Source of the DNA: Cyanophyceae cyanobacterium
GTDB lineage: Bacteria > Cyanobacteriota > Cyanobacteriia > Cyanobacteriales > JBHJGN01
DNA length: 58,425 nt
Direction: 5' to 3'
Assembly: GCA_050331735.1 (NCBI GenBank)
Contig: JBHJGN010000079.1
Coordinates: 1 to 58,425, forward strand
This document shows positions 10,033-19,864 of the stretch, one piece after another. Under the pieces are notes generated by a model. The model was not told the DNA's origin. It ran no database searches and worked only from the letters and a program-made list of their open reading frames with translations. Position 1 is the stretch's first letter. Each line of letters opens with the position of its first letter. The position numbers were made by a program, and so were the translations under genes.

Positions 10033-11649
10033 ATGGTATTTGGCTCAGTTAGCAGCGCCCAGGAGTGGAATCTGACCACTCAGCGCGGGAACCTTAGTGA
10101 TTTAGAGTTACTCTGTGCTATTTGTGGAGGCGTTCATTTCACTCAAGACCACTGGCAGTTTGTCGAAACGATGCCGCAAGACCCGGTGGAGCTGATCGAT
10201 GATTTGATCAAGATGCGTCTTTACAAACCGGAAGCACTAGCATTAGCGGATACCTTAAGTCAGGCAGAACTGAGAAAAGCACTATTCCTCAAAATGGCCT
10301 CGCGGGGCAACCCAAATCGCGAGCGGTTAGTTAATGATTTAGTTAAACTAGCAGGTGGACTGGATCGAGCATTCGCGGCGGCTTTTGGACCGAAAGCCGG
10401 AGAACTATTTGGCGACGCAATGCGGACTAGCAACGTTACTCGGCGGCAGTTTTTACGCAACGTGGCTGTAGGGGCAGCGCTCGTCACGCTAACGAACTGC
10501 GGAGACAATCAGGAGCAGGCGGTCGTTGAATCAGCAGCAGGAGATGCCGAAGTCCCGGATAATTTGGAAAAAACCGATTTGCAGATTGGCTTCATCCCGA
10601 TTACCTGCGCCACGCCGATCATTATGTCAGAACCGCTCGGGTTCTACAATAAGTATGGGCTAAACGCTCAAGTGGTGAAAATGCCGAGCTGGGCAGCGGT
10701 GCGAGATTCGGCGATCGCCGGAGAACTCGATGCCTACCACATGCTGGCTCCGATGCCCATTGCCATGACCCTTGGACTCGGCTCAGCGACCTTCCCGGTT
10801 AAGCTTGCCAGCATCGAAAACATCAACGGGCAGGCCATTACCGTTGCCAACAAGTATAAAGACATGGTGACAGGCCCTGCCGACTTCAAAGGCTTTACCA
10901 TTGGCGTACCGTTCCCTTACTCGATGCACAACCTGTTGCTGCGCTACTACCTAGCCACCGGAGGCGTTGACCCCGATCAGGATGTCAAAATTGAGGCTGT
11001 TCCCCCACCGGATAGCGTGGCTAAGCTTACGGTGGGCGATATCGACGCGATGCTCATGCCGGACCCCTTCAATCAGCGAGCCGTATACGAAGGAGCCGGA
11101 TTTATTCACCTGCTTACCAAAGACCTGTGGCCGGGACATCCCTGCTGTGCTTTTGCCGCCTCGGAAGAGTGGATTGAGGCCAATCCCAACACCTTCAATG
11201 CTCTTAATAAAGCAATTATCGATGGAGCGGGTTACGCTAGCAATCCGGCGAATCGTCCTGAAATTGCCACAGCGATTTCTGAGCGTCAATTCCTCAATCA
11301 GCCGGAAGAGGTGGTAGCCGCCGTCCTGACTGGAGAATTTGAAGACGGTTTGGGCAACACCAAAAGCATTCCCGACCGCATCGATTTTGACCCCTACCCC
11401 TGGCAAAGCTTCGCCAACTGGATTACCACTCAGCTTGTGCGATGGGACTTTCTGCCAGAGGAGCAGGCCAACTACGGCGAGATTGGTCAGCGCATCTTTC
11501 TGACGGATATTGCCAGGGAATTAGCCCAGGAAGTGGGTCAAGAGCCACCCACTGAAGAATACCGCATAGAAAAGCTGAAATACGATACCTTTGACCCAGA
11601 AAACCCGGTGGCTTACCTCAAAGAGCAAATTGATAAAAATGGGGTTTAA
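10033..11649 (+). CDS. cynA: Cyanate ABC transporter substrate-binding protein (NrtA/CmpA/CynA family) with long N-terminal extension
   Basis: GFIPITCATPII, ELDAYHML, VPFPYSMHN and WPGHPCC motifs; TRRQFL Tat motif and lipobox Cys; same operon as cynS. Confidence 0.9.
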   Translation: MVFGSVSSAQEWNLTTQRGNLSDLELLCAICGGVHFTQDHWQFVETMPQDPVELIDDLIKMRLYKPEALALADTLSQAELRKALFLKMASRGNPNRERLVNDLVKLAGGLDRAFAAAFGPKAGELFGDAMRTSNVTRRQFLRNVAVGAALVTLTNCGDNQEQAVVESAAGDAEVPDNLEKTDLQIGFIPITCATPIIMSEPLGFYNKYGLNAQVVKMPSWAAVRDSAIAGELDAYHMLAPMPIAMTLGLGSATFPVKLASIENINGQAITVANKYKDMVTGPADFKGFTIGVPFPYSMHNLLLRYYLATGGVDPDQDVKIEAVPPPDSVAKLTVGDIDAMLMPDPFNQRAVYEGAGFIHLLTKDLWPGHPCCAFAASEEWIEANPNTFNALNKAIIDGAGYASNPANRPEIATAISERQFLNQPEEVVAAVLTGEFEDGLGNTKSIPDRIDFDPYPWQSFANWITTQLVRWDFLPEEQANYGEIGQRIFLTDIARELAQEVGQEPPTEEYRIEKLKYDTFDPENPVAYLKEQIDKNGV

Positions 11650-11682
11650 CGACAGCTCAAGCAGCACTTAGGGTCGATAATT

Positions 11683-12504
11683 ATGGTTAATAAAGCACAA
11701 GCCCAACCCCAATCAAAGCTCAATAAAAACCTTCAGGCGATCGCCCTCTTTTTCATTTCCCTAGTTATTATCCTCCTGCTTTGGGAGCTAGGCGCTCGCA
11801 CTGGGGTCTTTTCCCAACTGATGCCCTCTGCTAGCCGCACGATTGCTGACTTCTGGGGCTGGATTAGCGATCCTTTTTATGATTACGGTCCCAATGATAA
11901 GGGGATTGGCTGGCACTTACTCGTTAGCCTGCGGCGCGTACTGATCGGGTTTACGATTGGTAGCCTGATTGCTGTTCCGGCTGGGGTACTCATTGGGTTA
12001 TCGGAGGTAGCTTCTAAAGCCTTCGATCCTTACATTCAGTTGCTCAAGCCAGTTTCTCCGCTCGCCTGGCTGCCTTTAGGACTAGGCATCCTGCAAGATT
12101 CGGAGTTAACGGCGATCTTTGTTATTGCCATTACGAGCATTTGGCCGACACTAATTAACACCAAATTTGGCGTGAGCGGTGTGGATCGAGATTATCTGGA
12201 TGTGGCTCGCACTCTGGGGGCTTCCCGCTGGCGCACGATTTCTAAAGTGATTCTGCCAGCGGCAGCGCCGAGTATTGTGTCTGGATTACGCATCAGCATC
12301 GGAATTTCCTGGCTAGTGATTGTCGCTGCCGAAATTTTAGTGGGCGGCACAGGCTTAGGATACTTTGTCTGGAATGAGTGGAACAATCTCAGCATTTCCA
12401 GTATTATCACTGCTATTATTGTGATTGGCTTAGTCGGGATTGTCCTCGATCAGCTCTTTGCTCTACTGCAAGCCTATGTATCTTTTGGGAGGCAATCGGA
12501 ATGA
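11683..12504 (+). CDS. cynB: Cyanate ABC transporter permease
   Basis: PFYDYGPNDKGIGW, LKPVSPLAWLP and WLVIVAAE motifs of the NrtB family. Confidence 0.9.
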   Translation: MVNKAQAQPQSKLNKNLQAIALFFISLVIILLLWELGARTGVFSQLMPSASRTIADFWGWISDPFYDYGPNDKGIGWHLLVSLRRVLIGFTIGSLIAVPAGVLIGLSEVASKAFDPYIQLLKPVSPLAWLPLGLGILQDSELTAIFVIAITSIWPTLINTKFGVSGVDRDYLDVARTLGASRWRTISKVILPAAAPSIVSGLRISIGISWLVIVAAEILVGGTGLGYFVWNEWNNLSISSIITAIIVIGLVGIVLDQLFALLQAYVSFGRQSE

Positions 12505-13385
12505 GTATCTCTTACGAACCCGATGCTGCGGCTGTCGATGCGCCTCCCGACAAACAGCTTCTGTTGCAGAGCGTTACCAAAATATTTCCCGGTAAAAAAG
12601 GCTGGATCGAAAAGCTGACCCGACGCAGTTCCGCAGATTTTGTCGCCATTGAAGGCATCGATCTAGAGATTGACCACAATACTTTTGTCACCATTATTGG
12701 TCCCTCGGGCTGCGGCAAATCAACTCTGCTCAATATCATCGCCGGATTGAGTTCTGCCACCAGCGGGACGGTGTTGATGAACGGCAGCCCGATTGGGGGT
12801 CCGGGTCCGGATCGGGGCATGGTGTTTCAGAACTACGCCCTCATGCCCTGGATGACAGTGGAGGAAAATATTCGCTTTGCCGTGGCGACGGTGCATCCCA
12901 AGCTGTCGGAAAAACAGCAACGGCGGATCGTACAAGAAAACATTCAGTTAGTCAGCCTCACAGGGGCCGAGAAAAAGCATCCCCATGAACTGTCCGGCGG
13001 GATGCGTCAGCGGGTGGGCATTGCCAGAGCTTTAGCCATCAATCCCCAAATTCTGCTGATGGACGAGCCGTTTGGAGCGCTCGATGCGCTCACGCGCGGT
13101 TTCTTGCAGGACGAAATCGAGCGGATTTGGGAGCAGCAGCGCAAAACCGTTGTGATGATTACCCACAGTATCGAGGAGGCCCTGCTGCTGTCTGACCGCA
13201 TCGTGATGATGACGCGAGGACCAGCGGCAGGCATTGATGAGATTTTAGAAGTCCCGTTCCCCCGTCCCCGCAAGCGCGAGGAAGTGGAGGAACATCCGGC
13301 CTATCACCAACTTAAAGCAGAGATGGAGGAGCATCTCTACCGCGAAACTCGCGCTGTGGAAGCAGAACGGATTAAGCGGCGGTGA
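12501..13385 (+). CDS. cynD: Cyanate ABC transporter ATPase (start taken at ATG 12501, ATGA overlap with cynB)
   Basis: GPSGCGKST, LSGGMRQR and LLMDEPFGALD motifs. Confidence 0.9.
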   Translation: MSISYEPDAAAVDAPPDKQLLLQSVTKIFPGKKGWIEKLTRRSSADFVAIEGIDLEIDHNTFVTIIGPSGCGKSTLLNIIAGLSSATSGTVLMNGSPIGGPGPDRGMVFQNYALMPWMTVEENIRFAVATVHPKLSEKQQRRIVQENIQLVSLTGAEKKHPHELSGGMRQRVGIARALAINPQILLMDEPFGALDALTRGFLQDEIERIWEQQRKTVVMITHSIEEALLLSDRIVMMTRGPAAGIDEILEVPFPRPRKREEVEEHPAYHQLKAEMEEHLYRETRAVEAERIKRR

Positions 13386-13423
13386 ACAGTACCCTGCCGT
13401 CAAACGACAGGGCGAGGCTGCAC
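13382..13423 (-). repeat. REP-like palindrome with TTCAC end (IS200/IS605 right-end-like)
   Basis: Minus strand GTGCAGCCTCGCCCTGTCGTTTGACGGCAGGGTACTGTTCAC; shares GCCCTGTCGTTT and GGCAGGGTACTGTTCAC with 35761-35847. Confidence 0.6.
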
Positions 13424-13487
13424 TTCGTAACAACGGCAGTAGATGTGTCCCTTGAAACTTGATTAGTAGTAAGGAGTGTTGAACGCA

Positions 13488-13931
13488 ATGATGTATCCAG
13501 AAATTACCGATAAGCTATTGGCGGCTAAAAAAGAAAAAGGCATGACCTTTGCGGATTTAGAGCAAGCCGTCGGCAGAGACGAAACGTGGATTGCGACCGT
13601 GATTTATCGGCAAGCCAGCGCCGACATGGATGAAGCCAAGAAAATTGTATCGGCTTTGGGTTTACCTGAAGAGATGGCGGAACCGCTGACCGTTCCTCCC
13701 CTCAAAGGCTGTCTCGATCCGCAAATTCCTACCGATCCTCTTATCTACCGCTTCTACGAGATCATGCAGGTGTATGGCTTACCTGTCAAAGCCGTCATTC
13801 ACGAAAAGTTTGGAGACGGTATTATGAGCGCCATTGACTTTAGCATTGAAGTGGAAAAAGTCGAAGACCCAAAAGGCGATCGCGTCCAGGTAATCATGTG
13901 CGGCAAGTTTCTGCCTTACAAGAAGTGGTAA
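13488..13931 (+). CDS. cynS: Cyanase (cyanate hydratase)
   Basis: [25 protein letters not shown] and GKFLPY motifs. Confidence 0.97.
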   Translation: MMYPEITDKLLAAKKEKGMTFADLEQAVGRDETWIATVIYRQASADMDEAKKIVSALGLPEEMAEPLTVPPLKGCLDPQIPTDPLIYRFYEIMQVYGLPVKAVIHEKFGDGIMSAIDFSIEVEKVEDPKGDRVQVIMCGKFLPYKKW

Positions 13932-13956
13932 AGCTAGTTGCCTAGGGAGATAAATC

Positions 13957-13997
13957 AGCGATCGCTTTTCTTTCGGGGGGCGATCGCTTTTGCTTTC
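13957..13997 (+). terminator. Probable intrinsic terminator built from two HIP1 sites
   Basis: AGCGATCGCTTTTC-TTTC-GGGGGGCGATCGCT followed by a T-rich tail, after cynS. Confidence 0.55.
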
Positions 13998-14199
13998 AGC
14001 ACAAACCACTAATTGTGCTACACAACTAGAAAAGTCTCAATCCTTTCCCCCTTCCCCTTTACCCTTTTCCCCTAACATATATCTGAACTTCACTTCTCAG
14101 CGTTGATATCTCCTTTCCTCCCCAAACAGCAGAGATTTCATCAATAATAAGAGTGCTGCGTTATCTTGAGAATCCCAATTCTCAAGCACTACTCTATCG

Positions 14200-15729
14200 G
14201 TGAAAATGATGAGAGGCTTCATCTACAAGTACCGTCAAGTTCTGCAATTTTTACTGGTGGCGGCTATATTCAGTCTTTCCTACACCCAGGAACCCATTTA
14301 TAATTCTCCAGAATATTCAGACGGAAATCAAAATACGAAGTTTTTTCACGGTTTAGCAAGAGCCGGATTCGGTCTGCTTAATGAAGATTGGTTGGCAAGT
14401 ACCTTAGATCCCCTGCCTGCTTTTACATTTTTAGTACAACTTACCTATCAATCGATCCACTCCAATGCTTTTTACGTATACTATGCGCTACTGATGGGCG
14501 TATATGTTTATAGTATTCTGGGAATCGTTAACATCGCTTTTAAGATCAAAGAATCAAGGGCAAAATATCTGTTTTACCTAGCGCTTTTTCTGGTTGTGCA
14601 TACCGTTAATCTGCAACTTGGCAACTTTGATACAGCCTGGTATCTACAGGCTGGAGTAGCACAACAGTATATTCTTGGTCCTGTCTTTCAACCCTGCAAC
14701 TTCGGGGCTTTTATTCTGCTCTCTATCTGGTTATTTTTGTCCCAAAGATACCTGTGGTCGGTTGCTGCTTTAGCAATCGCCGCTACTTTTCACCCGGCCT
14801 ATATTTTTAGCAGTGCGGTACTAACCCTCTCTTATGTACTGTTTTTATTCCCTTTTAATCTTCGCAAAGCTTTACTGATTGGCAGTACCTCTTTCTTGCT
14901 CACTCTGCCAGTGCTGAGCTATACCTATTTCCGGTTTACTGCAACCACTTCAGAACTACAGCAACAGGCCACCGATATTCTGGTTAATTTTAGAATTCCT
15001 TACCATGCCGTGACTGAGGTTTGGCTGGCTGACGGAACGGCTCATATTCAAACTTTGATTGTCATTCTTGCTCTCTATCTAATTAGAAATACTCCGCTTT
15101 TTAAGATTCTATTTGTGCCATTTCTCATCGCTTTTTACCTGTCGTTCTTTCAGGCGATCGCCAGTAATGATTTTTTGGCATTTTTATCTCCTTGGCGCTT
15201 ATCGGTTTTTCTGGTTCCAACTGCTACTGCTTTAATTCTGGCTGCTTTAACAGCCTATTTATTTCAAATTCAGAAGCAAATTATTAAGCCAAAGTTGCTA
15301 ATTGTAGTCAGTTTAGCGACGATTGGTTTTCTGTCTTTCCAAGGATTAACGCAGCAAATTGCCTTGTTCACCTACCGAGGAGAAAGTACGCCGATGCTCA
15401 ACTTTGTGCGCCGAAATAAGCACTCAGGAGAAACTTATTTAGTGCCGCCCAACTCTCAACAGTTGCAGAAATTTAGACTCTATACCGGAGCGCCAATTTT
15501 CATTAATAAAAAATCCCATCCCTACAAAGATGTCGAAATACTCGAATGGTATAGGCGCTTAAACTTAGCAACGGCAGTGTATGAAAGTGAAGGCGATCGC
15601 TGTAGCTTATTGCACAGTTTATCGACAGAGTATAGTATCACCCATGTTGTTTCTCAACAAAACTTTAACTGTTCTTTTTTAAAGCAGGTTTATCAAGACA
15701 GTCACTATCAGATCAGTAAAATACTTTAG
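14200..15729 (+). CDS. Polytopic membrane protein, DUF6798-like (GT-C-like fold suspected)
   Basis: NQNTKFFHGLA...DWLA.T.DP.PAF, GVAQQY.LG..FQP, and C-terminal FRLYTGAPIFINKKSHPYKD.E.LEWY.R. Confidence 0.65.
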   Translation: MKMMRGFIYKYRQVLQFLLVAAIFSLSYTQEPIYNSPEYSDGNQNTKFFHGLARAGFGLLNEDWLASTLDPLPAFTFLVQLTYQSIHSNAFYVYYALLMGVYVYSILGIVNIAFKIKESRAKYLFYLALFLVVHTVNLQLGNFDTAWYLQAGVAQQYILGPVFQPCNFGAFILLSIWLFLSQRYLWSVAALAIAATFHPAYIFSSAVLTLSYVLFLFPFNLRKALLIGSTSFLLTLPVLSYTYFRFTATTSELQQQATDILVNFRIPYHAVTEVWLADGTAHIQTLIVILALYLIRNTPLFKILFVPFLIAFYLSFFQAIASNDFLAFLSPWRLSVFLVPTATALILAALTAYLFQIQKQIIKPKLLIVVSLATIGFLSFQGLTQQIALFTYRGESTPMLNFVRRNKHSGETYLVPPNSQQLQKFRLYTGAPIFINKKSHPYKDVEILEWYRRLNLATAVYESEGDRCSLLHSLSTEYSITHVVSQQNFNCSFLKQVYQDSHYQISKIL

Positions 15730-15780
15730 CGGCAATCTGCTTTAATTGAATGTTGATAAAACCATCGGAAGTAGCTGTTC

Positions 15781-17814
15781 ATGTTTGTTAAACAACGCAA
15801 ATTCCCAGAAGGGTGGCTGTTGCTGAGTATCTTTGGGATTGCTTTGGCGCTGCGTGTCCTGGCGATTACCGTTCCCATCAACGTCGATGAACTTGTGTGG
15901 ATGGAGCGCGGTACGGGGTTTATTGAAAACTTTTTAGAAGATGATTTAGGAGATACCTACCGCCGTCATCATCCTGGGGTGACTAATTCCTGGCTGATTG
16001 CTGTGGGAATGTTGTTGAACTGCCACCTGCATCTGCGCTTTCCTTCTCTATTTGGTTTAGATTCGGTCTCTAACTTAGAGGAATGCCTCAATATCGACTC
16101 TTTTCCCCTCCCCTTACTGATTGCTCCTCGGGTACTACAGGCCCTTGTCACCTCTGCCTGTATGGTGTTTTTCTACGTTTTCAGTAGACGGCTATTAGGA
16201 CCATCTATCGCTTTGCTGGCGACGATTTTGCTCGTTTTAGACCCCTTCTTTCTCGCCTATCAGCGCTTTCTGACCACCGATGCTCTTCAAGTTGACTTTT
16301 GTATCTTAGCGCTGCTGCTGCTGCTGCTATATCTGCAAGGAAAAGGAGATTGGCGATCGCTGCTGGCTTCTGGTATTTTGATGGGATTGGCAACTGCTTC
16401 TAAAATTACCGCTCTCTTTGTTCTTCCTGCTATTTTCCTGTGGATCATATTCATTGAGCTAGGAGTGTGGCAGCAGTTTCCGCAACGAGGCTGGCGACGA
16501 CAGCTCATCGCTCTAACCTGTTGGGGATTGAGCACCGTAGCGATTATCTTTGTGATTTGGCCCGCCCTCTGGCAAGATGCCGGAGAAACCCTCACCCGAC
16601 TGACGGAAGGATTATTGCAAGAATCATCTCGGGGCTATCTGTTCTTTCTAGGAGAACCCACCGATGCTCCCGGAATCCTGTTCTATCCGCTGGCGTTGGT
16701 TTACCGACTGTCGCCTTGGATTCAGCTTGGGTTACTCAGCTTCTTAATTACCCTAATCGTGCCTCACAGACGCTCCCTTCAGTCCTCTGTATTGGCCCTC
16801 GCCATCGTTCCCCTCTGCGTTCTAACCATTCTTTCTACCACCGAAACCAAAATCGACCGCTACATCCTGTTGATTCTGCCAGAGTTAGCCCTGTTAGCTG
16901 CTGCTGGGTGGCTGAGTGTATCAGCTTGGCTGAGCAGAATCCCTTGGTTTCGGCAACGCAAGTATCCACAAGGAATTGGGGCACTGCTGCTCATCGTGGG
17001 TCAAACAGTGATTCTTGTGCCTCACGTCCCTCATTATTTGACCTATTACAACCCTCTCTTTGGCGGTTCCCAGGCGGCTCAACGAATATTTATGGTAGGG
17101 CAAGGAGAAGGGTTAGAACAAGCGGCTTACTGGCTCAATCAGCAAGGAGAGGATCTCACCGTTGCGTCTGGATACAGCAACGTTTTTGGCACCTACTTTC
17201 AAGGGCAAGCGTTACCGATGTCGAAGCGCATAACCTCTGAAGACTATCTCTCTTGGACAAAGGCGAACTATGTTGTCCTCTACATCAACCAGTGGCAGCG
17301 TCAGCTACCCTATCCTGAAGTCATCAACTACTTTACCGCTCAGCCACCGCTTCACACCGTACAGTTACAGGGAATCGATTACGCTCGCATTTATCCTGGT
17401 CCTGTTCCCTTACCTAAAGATATTGAGCAAATTCCGGTTCCTCTCTCTTTAAACTTTGGCGACCAAGGGCGTTTGCTGGGGTACGGGTTGAATCAAGACC
17501 AACTTTCTCCAGCGCAGATGGGGGTGACGCTGTACTGGCATTTATCTTCACTCGATGAAGAGGCAGTAATTCGACTAGGATTGCTGGATCGAGGGGGCAA
17601 CTATCTTGTCAGCACAGAAAGTGGGTTTCTCAACGGCTATTTAGCTGAGGGGAAGCCTGATGCTTTACTGCGTGACGTTCATTGGCTGAACACGTCTACT
17701 CTTTCGCCAGGGCGCTATCGTTTAGCCTTGGAGTGGTTTTCTCATCAACAAGACAAAATTACTGAGGACTCTCAGAGTAACCGAGTTGTCATTGGTGAGG
17801 TTGAAGTGCTCTAG
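15781..17814 (+). CDS. Glycosyltransferase family 39 (PMT/ArnT-like GT-C) membrane protein
   Basis: NVDE..W acidic pair, HHPG, GLATASK and KIDRY; many TM helices plus a soluble C-terminal domain. Confidence 0.8.
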   Translation: MFVKQRKFPEGWLLLSIFGIALALRVLAITVPINVDELVWMERGTGFIENFLEDDLGDTYRRHHPGVTNSWLIAVGMLLNCHLHLRFPSLFGLDSVSNLEECLNIDSFPLPLLIAPRVLQALVTSACMVFFYVFSRRLLGPSIALLATILLVLDPFFLAYQRFLTTDALQVDFCILALLLLLLYLQGKGDWRSLLASGILMGLATASKITALFVLPAIFLWIIFIELGVWQQFPQRGWRRQLIALTCWGLSTVAIIFVIWPALWQDAGETLTRLTEGLLQESSRGYLFFLGEPTDAPGILFYPLALVYRLSPWIQLGLLSFLITLIVPHRRSLQSSVLALAIVPLCVLTILSTTETKIDRYILLILPELALLAAAGWLSVSAWLSRIPWFRQRKYPQGIGALLLIVGQTVILVPHVPHYLTYYNPLFGGSQAAQRIFMVGQGEGLEQAAYWLNQQGEDLTVASGYSNVFGTYFQGQALPMSKRITSEDYLSWTKANYVVLYINQWQRQLPYPEVINYFTAQPPLHTVQLQGIDYARIYPGPVPLPKDIEQIPVPLSLNFGDQGRLLGYGLNQDQLSPAQMGVTLYWHLSSLDEEAVIRLGLLDRGGNYLVSTESGFLNGYLAEGKPDALLRDVHWLNTSTLSPGRYRLALEWFSHQQDKITEDSQSNRVVIGEVEVL

Positions 17815-17931
17815 TTTTGCCGGGAAGATAAGATAAAAAAAGCAAGTAGCGGCACTTGTATTTAAGTTGAGATCTTAGTTCTGTCAACTTTCCCTAGAGC
17901 GCTAAATTTTCTTGTCAGTTAAAAACGTCTT

Positions 17932-18870
17932 ATGTTGAATGCAGCCGAAAGCAAGCTCTCTTTGGATGAAAGCGCCTGGAAAGGGTTTTGGAATACTCTC
18001 CAGAACTCCAAAGCGGCTTGGAGCGATCATCAGGCTACCCCTACGGATGTAGAAGCAACAGAACCAATCAAGAATCTCCTGACATCCAGAACGCATCAGG
18101 CAGCCAATACACTGTCTCAAGCAAGTAGCAGCACTGACCAAGCTACACGAACAGCTCAAAGTTTCAGAGAAACGAATCAAGCCCTTGAATCAGTCCGGCA
18201 AATTACTCACAAGGCTACAGCAGAAATTACTCAAACTCTTAAAGAAGCCACCGAGCAGTTGACTCCATCTCAGAAAGCGCAGGGAACCCTCAATCACCTA
18301 GCAGAAAAAGCGAGTCGAGCCGTGAACCACGTCAATGAGGTGACGAGTCAATCCGTCGCTACTGTATCGGAGATCGCAGAAAAAGCGAAAGCTTCTTTAG
18401 ATGAAAACCTCCTCAGAGCCAAGCTCGATGATTCTGTTACCGAAACGGTACAAAGAGCACTCACTATGGCTCGACAGAACTGGCTAGAGACTCATCCGTT
18501 GCTAGCTTGGTTGATTGCTCATCCAGTGTTGGCGCTAGTGACTATTCTGTTCTTCTGCTGGCTTTTTTGGGGGTTGCTCACCGCGATTGGTCGCTTGACG
18601 GAGCAAGCGTGGTTAGCGATTCTGCAATCTCCCCTTAAACTCGGTCAGTGGTCAGTTGGGCAGATTCCGAGAGGAGTTAAACGGTTGAGTGGTGGTAGCA
18701 ATCGGCTTCCTGTTAATTCCCACGCTCATGAAGAACATGATCGCAAGCGTCTTGCCGATATTCTCAATAGATTAGAGCAGCTTAATCAAGAACAAGAACA
18801 GCTCATGAAGGAAATGCAGGGGATTCTTTCTTCTAAAGTGGCGAACGAAGCGATCGCTTCAAAAAAGTGA
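17932..18870 (+). CDS. Hypothetical protein: Ala/Gln/Thr-rich amphipathic helical region, TM segment, C-terminal coiled coil
   Basis: Long ORF co-oriented with the next two genes; hydrophobic stretch LALVTILFFCWLFWGLLTAIG. Confidence 0.75.
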   Translation: MLNAAESKLSLDESAWKGFWNTLQNSKAAWSDHQATPTDVEATEPIKNLLTSRTHQAANTLSQASSSTDQATRTAQSFRETNQALESVRQITHKATAEITQTLKEATEQLTPSQKAQGTLNHLAEKASRAVNHVNEVTSQSVATVSEIAEKAKASLDENLLRAKLDDSVTETVQRALTMARQNWLETHPLLAWLIAHPVLALVTILFFCWLFWGLLTAIGRLTEQAWLAILQSPLKLGQWSVGQIPRGVKRLSGGSNRLPVNSHAHEEHDRKRLADILNRLEQLNQEQEQLMKEMQGILSSKVANEAIASKK

Positions 18871-18975
18871 GAGATACCGCCAGAGACTGATCCCTGTCAA
18901 AGAAACGAAAAAAGCGACTAGGATCGAGGTAGATAATGCTGCTTATTCAGAGTAGCAGACAAGCCTGAGCGAGAA

Positions 18976-19857
18976 ATGAAAACGTTACTGACCCAATTTA
19001 GCGAAGAACGCCCCCAACTTCAATCAGAAATCGACCGGACAACCGATGTTGAGCAGGTCATCAAGCTAGTTCAAAACCAGCTCGATCGGCTTGAAAGAAC
19101 CTATATCAGTCAGCTTAGTGTGGCGCAGATTCGTCTAGCTTCGTTTTCTTTGGAGCTGCTACAGCAGGCGATCGCTACTCTCGCGGCGGCTCACCCCACA
19201 GCAATCGCTCCTCCGCAGACGCAGCCAACCGAAACTCAGACATCGCCTCGGCTAATTCTGAAACTGTCCCAGGCACTCATCTGTTTAGTGATTTTCAGCT
19301 TATTATTCTCCTTGACAAAAACAGCTCCAGGTGCATGGATGGCGATCGCGCTTACTGGTGTGCTGGTGGGGCTAGAAGTGACGCTTCAACTCGAGCGACC
19401 CGCAGCAACGGCCCCACCATCAGAGCTACCGCCACCCACTCTCAAAATAGACAGCCCTGTGCTGCTCGATTTTGTGGCCGATGCTCTTAATCTCATCGAT
19501 TTAGCCGTGGCGAGAGTGGGAAGCAACCAGCCGTCGGGCGAGCAGGGGTTAGAAGAACTGCCAGAGCTATTAAACTTTTTGCAACGATTGCTGGGCCTAT
19601 CGTTGCTGGAGCGTCCGCAACCGCTCGGTGAACTAGCGAAACTGCTGCCGCAAATCCTGATGGAGCAGGGCATTCGCGCTCAAGTTTACCGTTCGCAAGC
19701 TCCCCAGAGTCATCGGGAGTATTTTGATTTTGAACCCAGTATCGATCCGTCTACCCATGATTTTGTCACCATCACTCCCGCTCTCTTAAAAGGCGATCGC
19801 TTACTCAGGCGTGGGCGAGTCATAGAGCCAGCCTACTCTGAGGTTGGAGAAGCCTAA
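18976..19857 (+). CDS. Two-TM membrane protein with GrpE-like C-terminus
   Basis: ILMEQGI...IDPSTHD...PALLKGDRLLRRGRV resembles the GrpE head (FDPxxHE...GYxLxDRxLRPAxV). Confidence 0.65.
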   Translation: MKTLLTQFSEERPQLQSEIDRTTDVEQVIKLVQNQLDRLERTYISQLSVAQIRLASFSLELLQQAIATLAAAHPTAIAPPQTQPTETQTSPRLILKLSQALICLVIFSLLFSLTKTAPGAWMAIALTGVLVGLEVTLQLERPAATAPPSELPPPTLKIDSPVLLDFVADALNLIDLAVARVGSNQPSGEQGLEELPELLNFLQRLLGLSLLERPQPLGELAKLLPQILMEQGIRAQVYRSQAPQSHREYFDFEPSIDPSTHDFVTITPALLKGDRLLRRGRVIEPAYSEVGEA

Positions 19858-19864
19858 ACGATTT

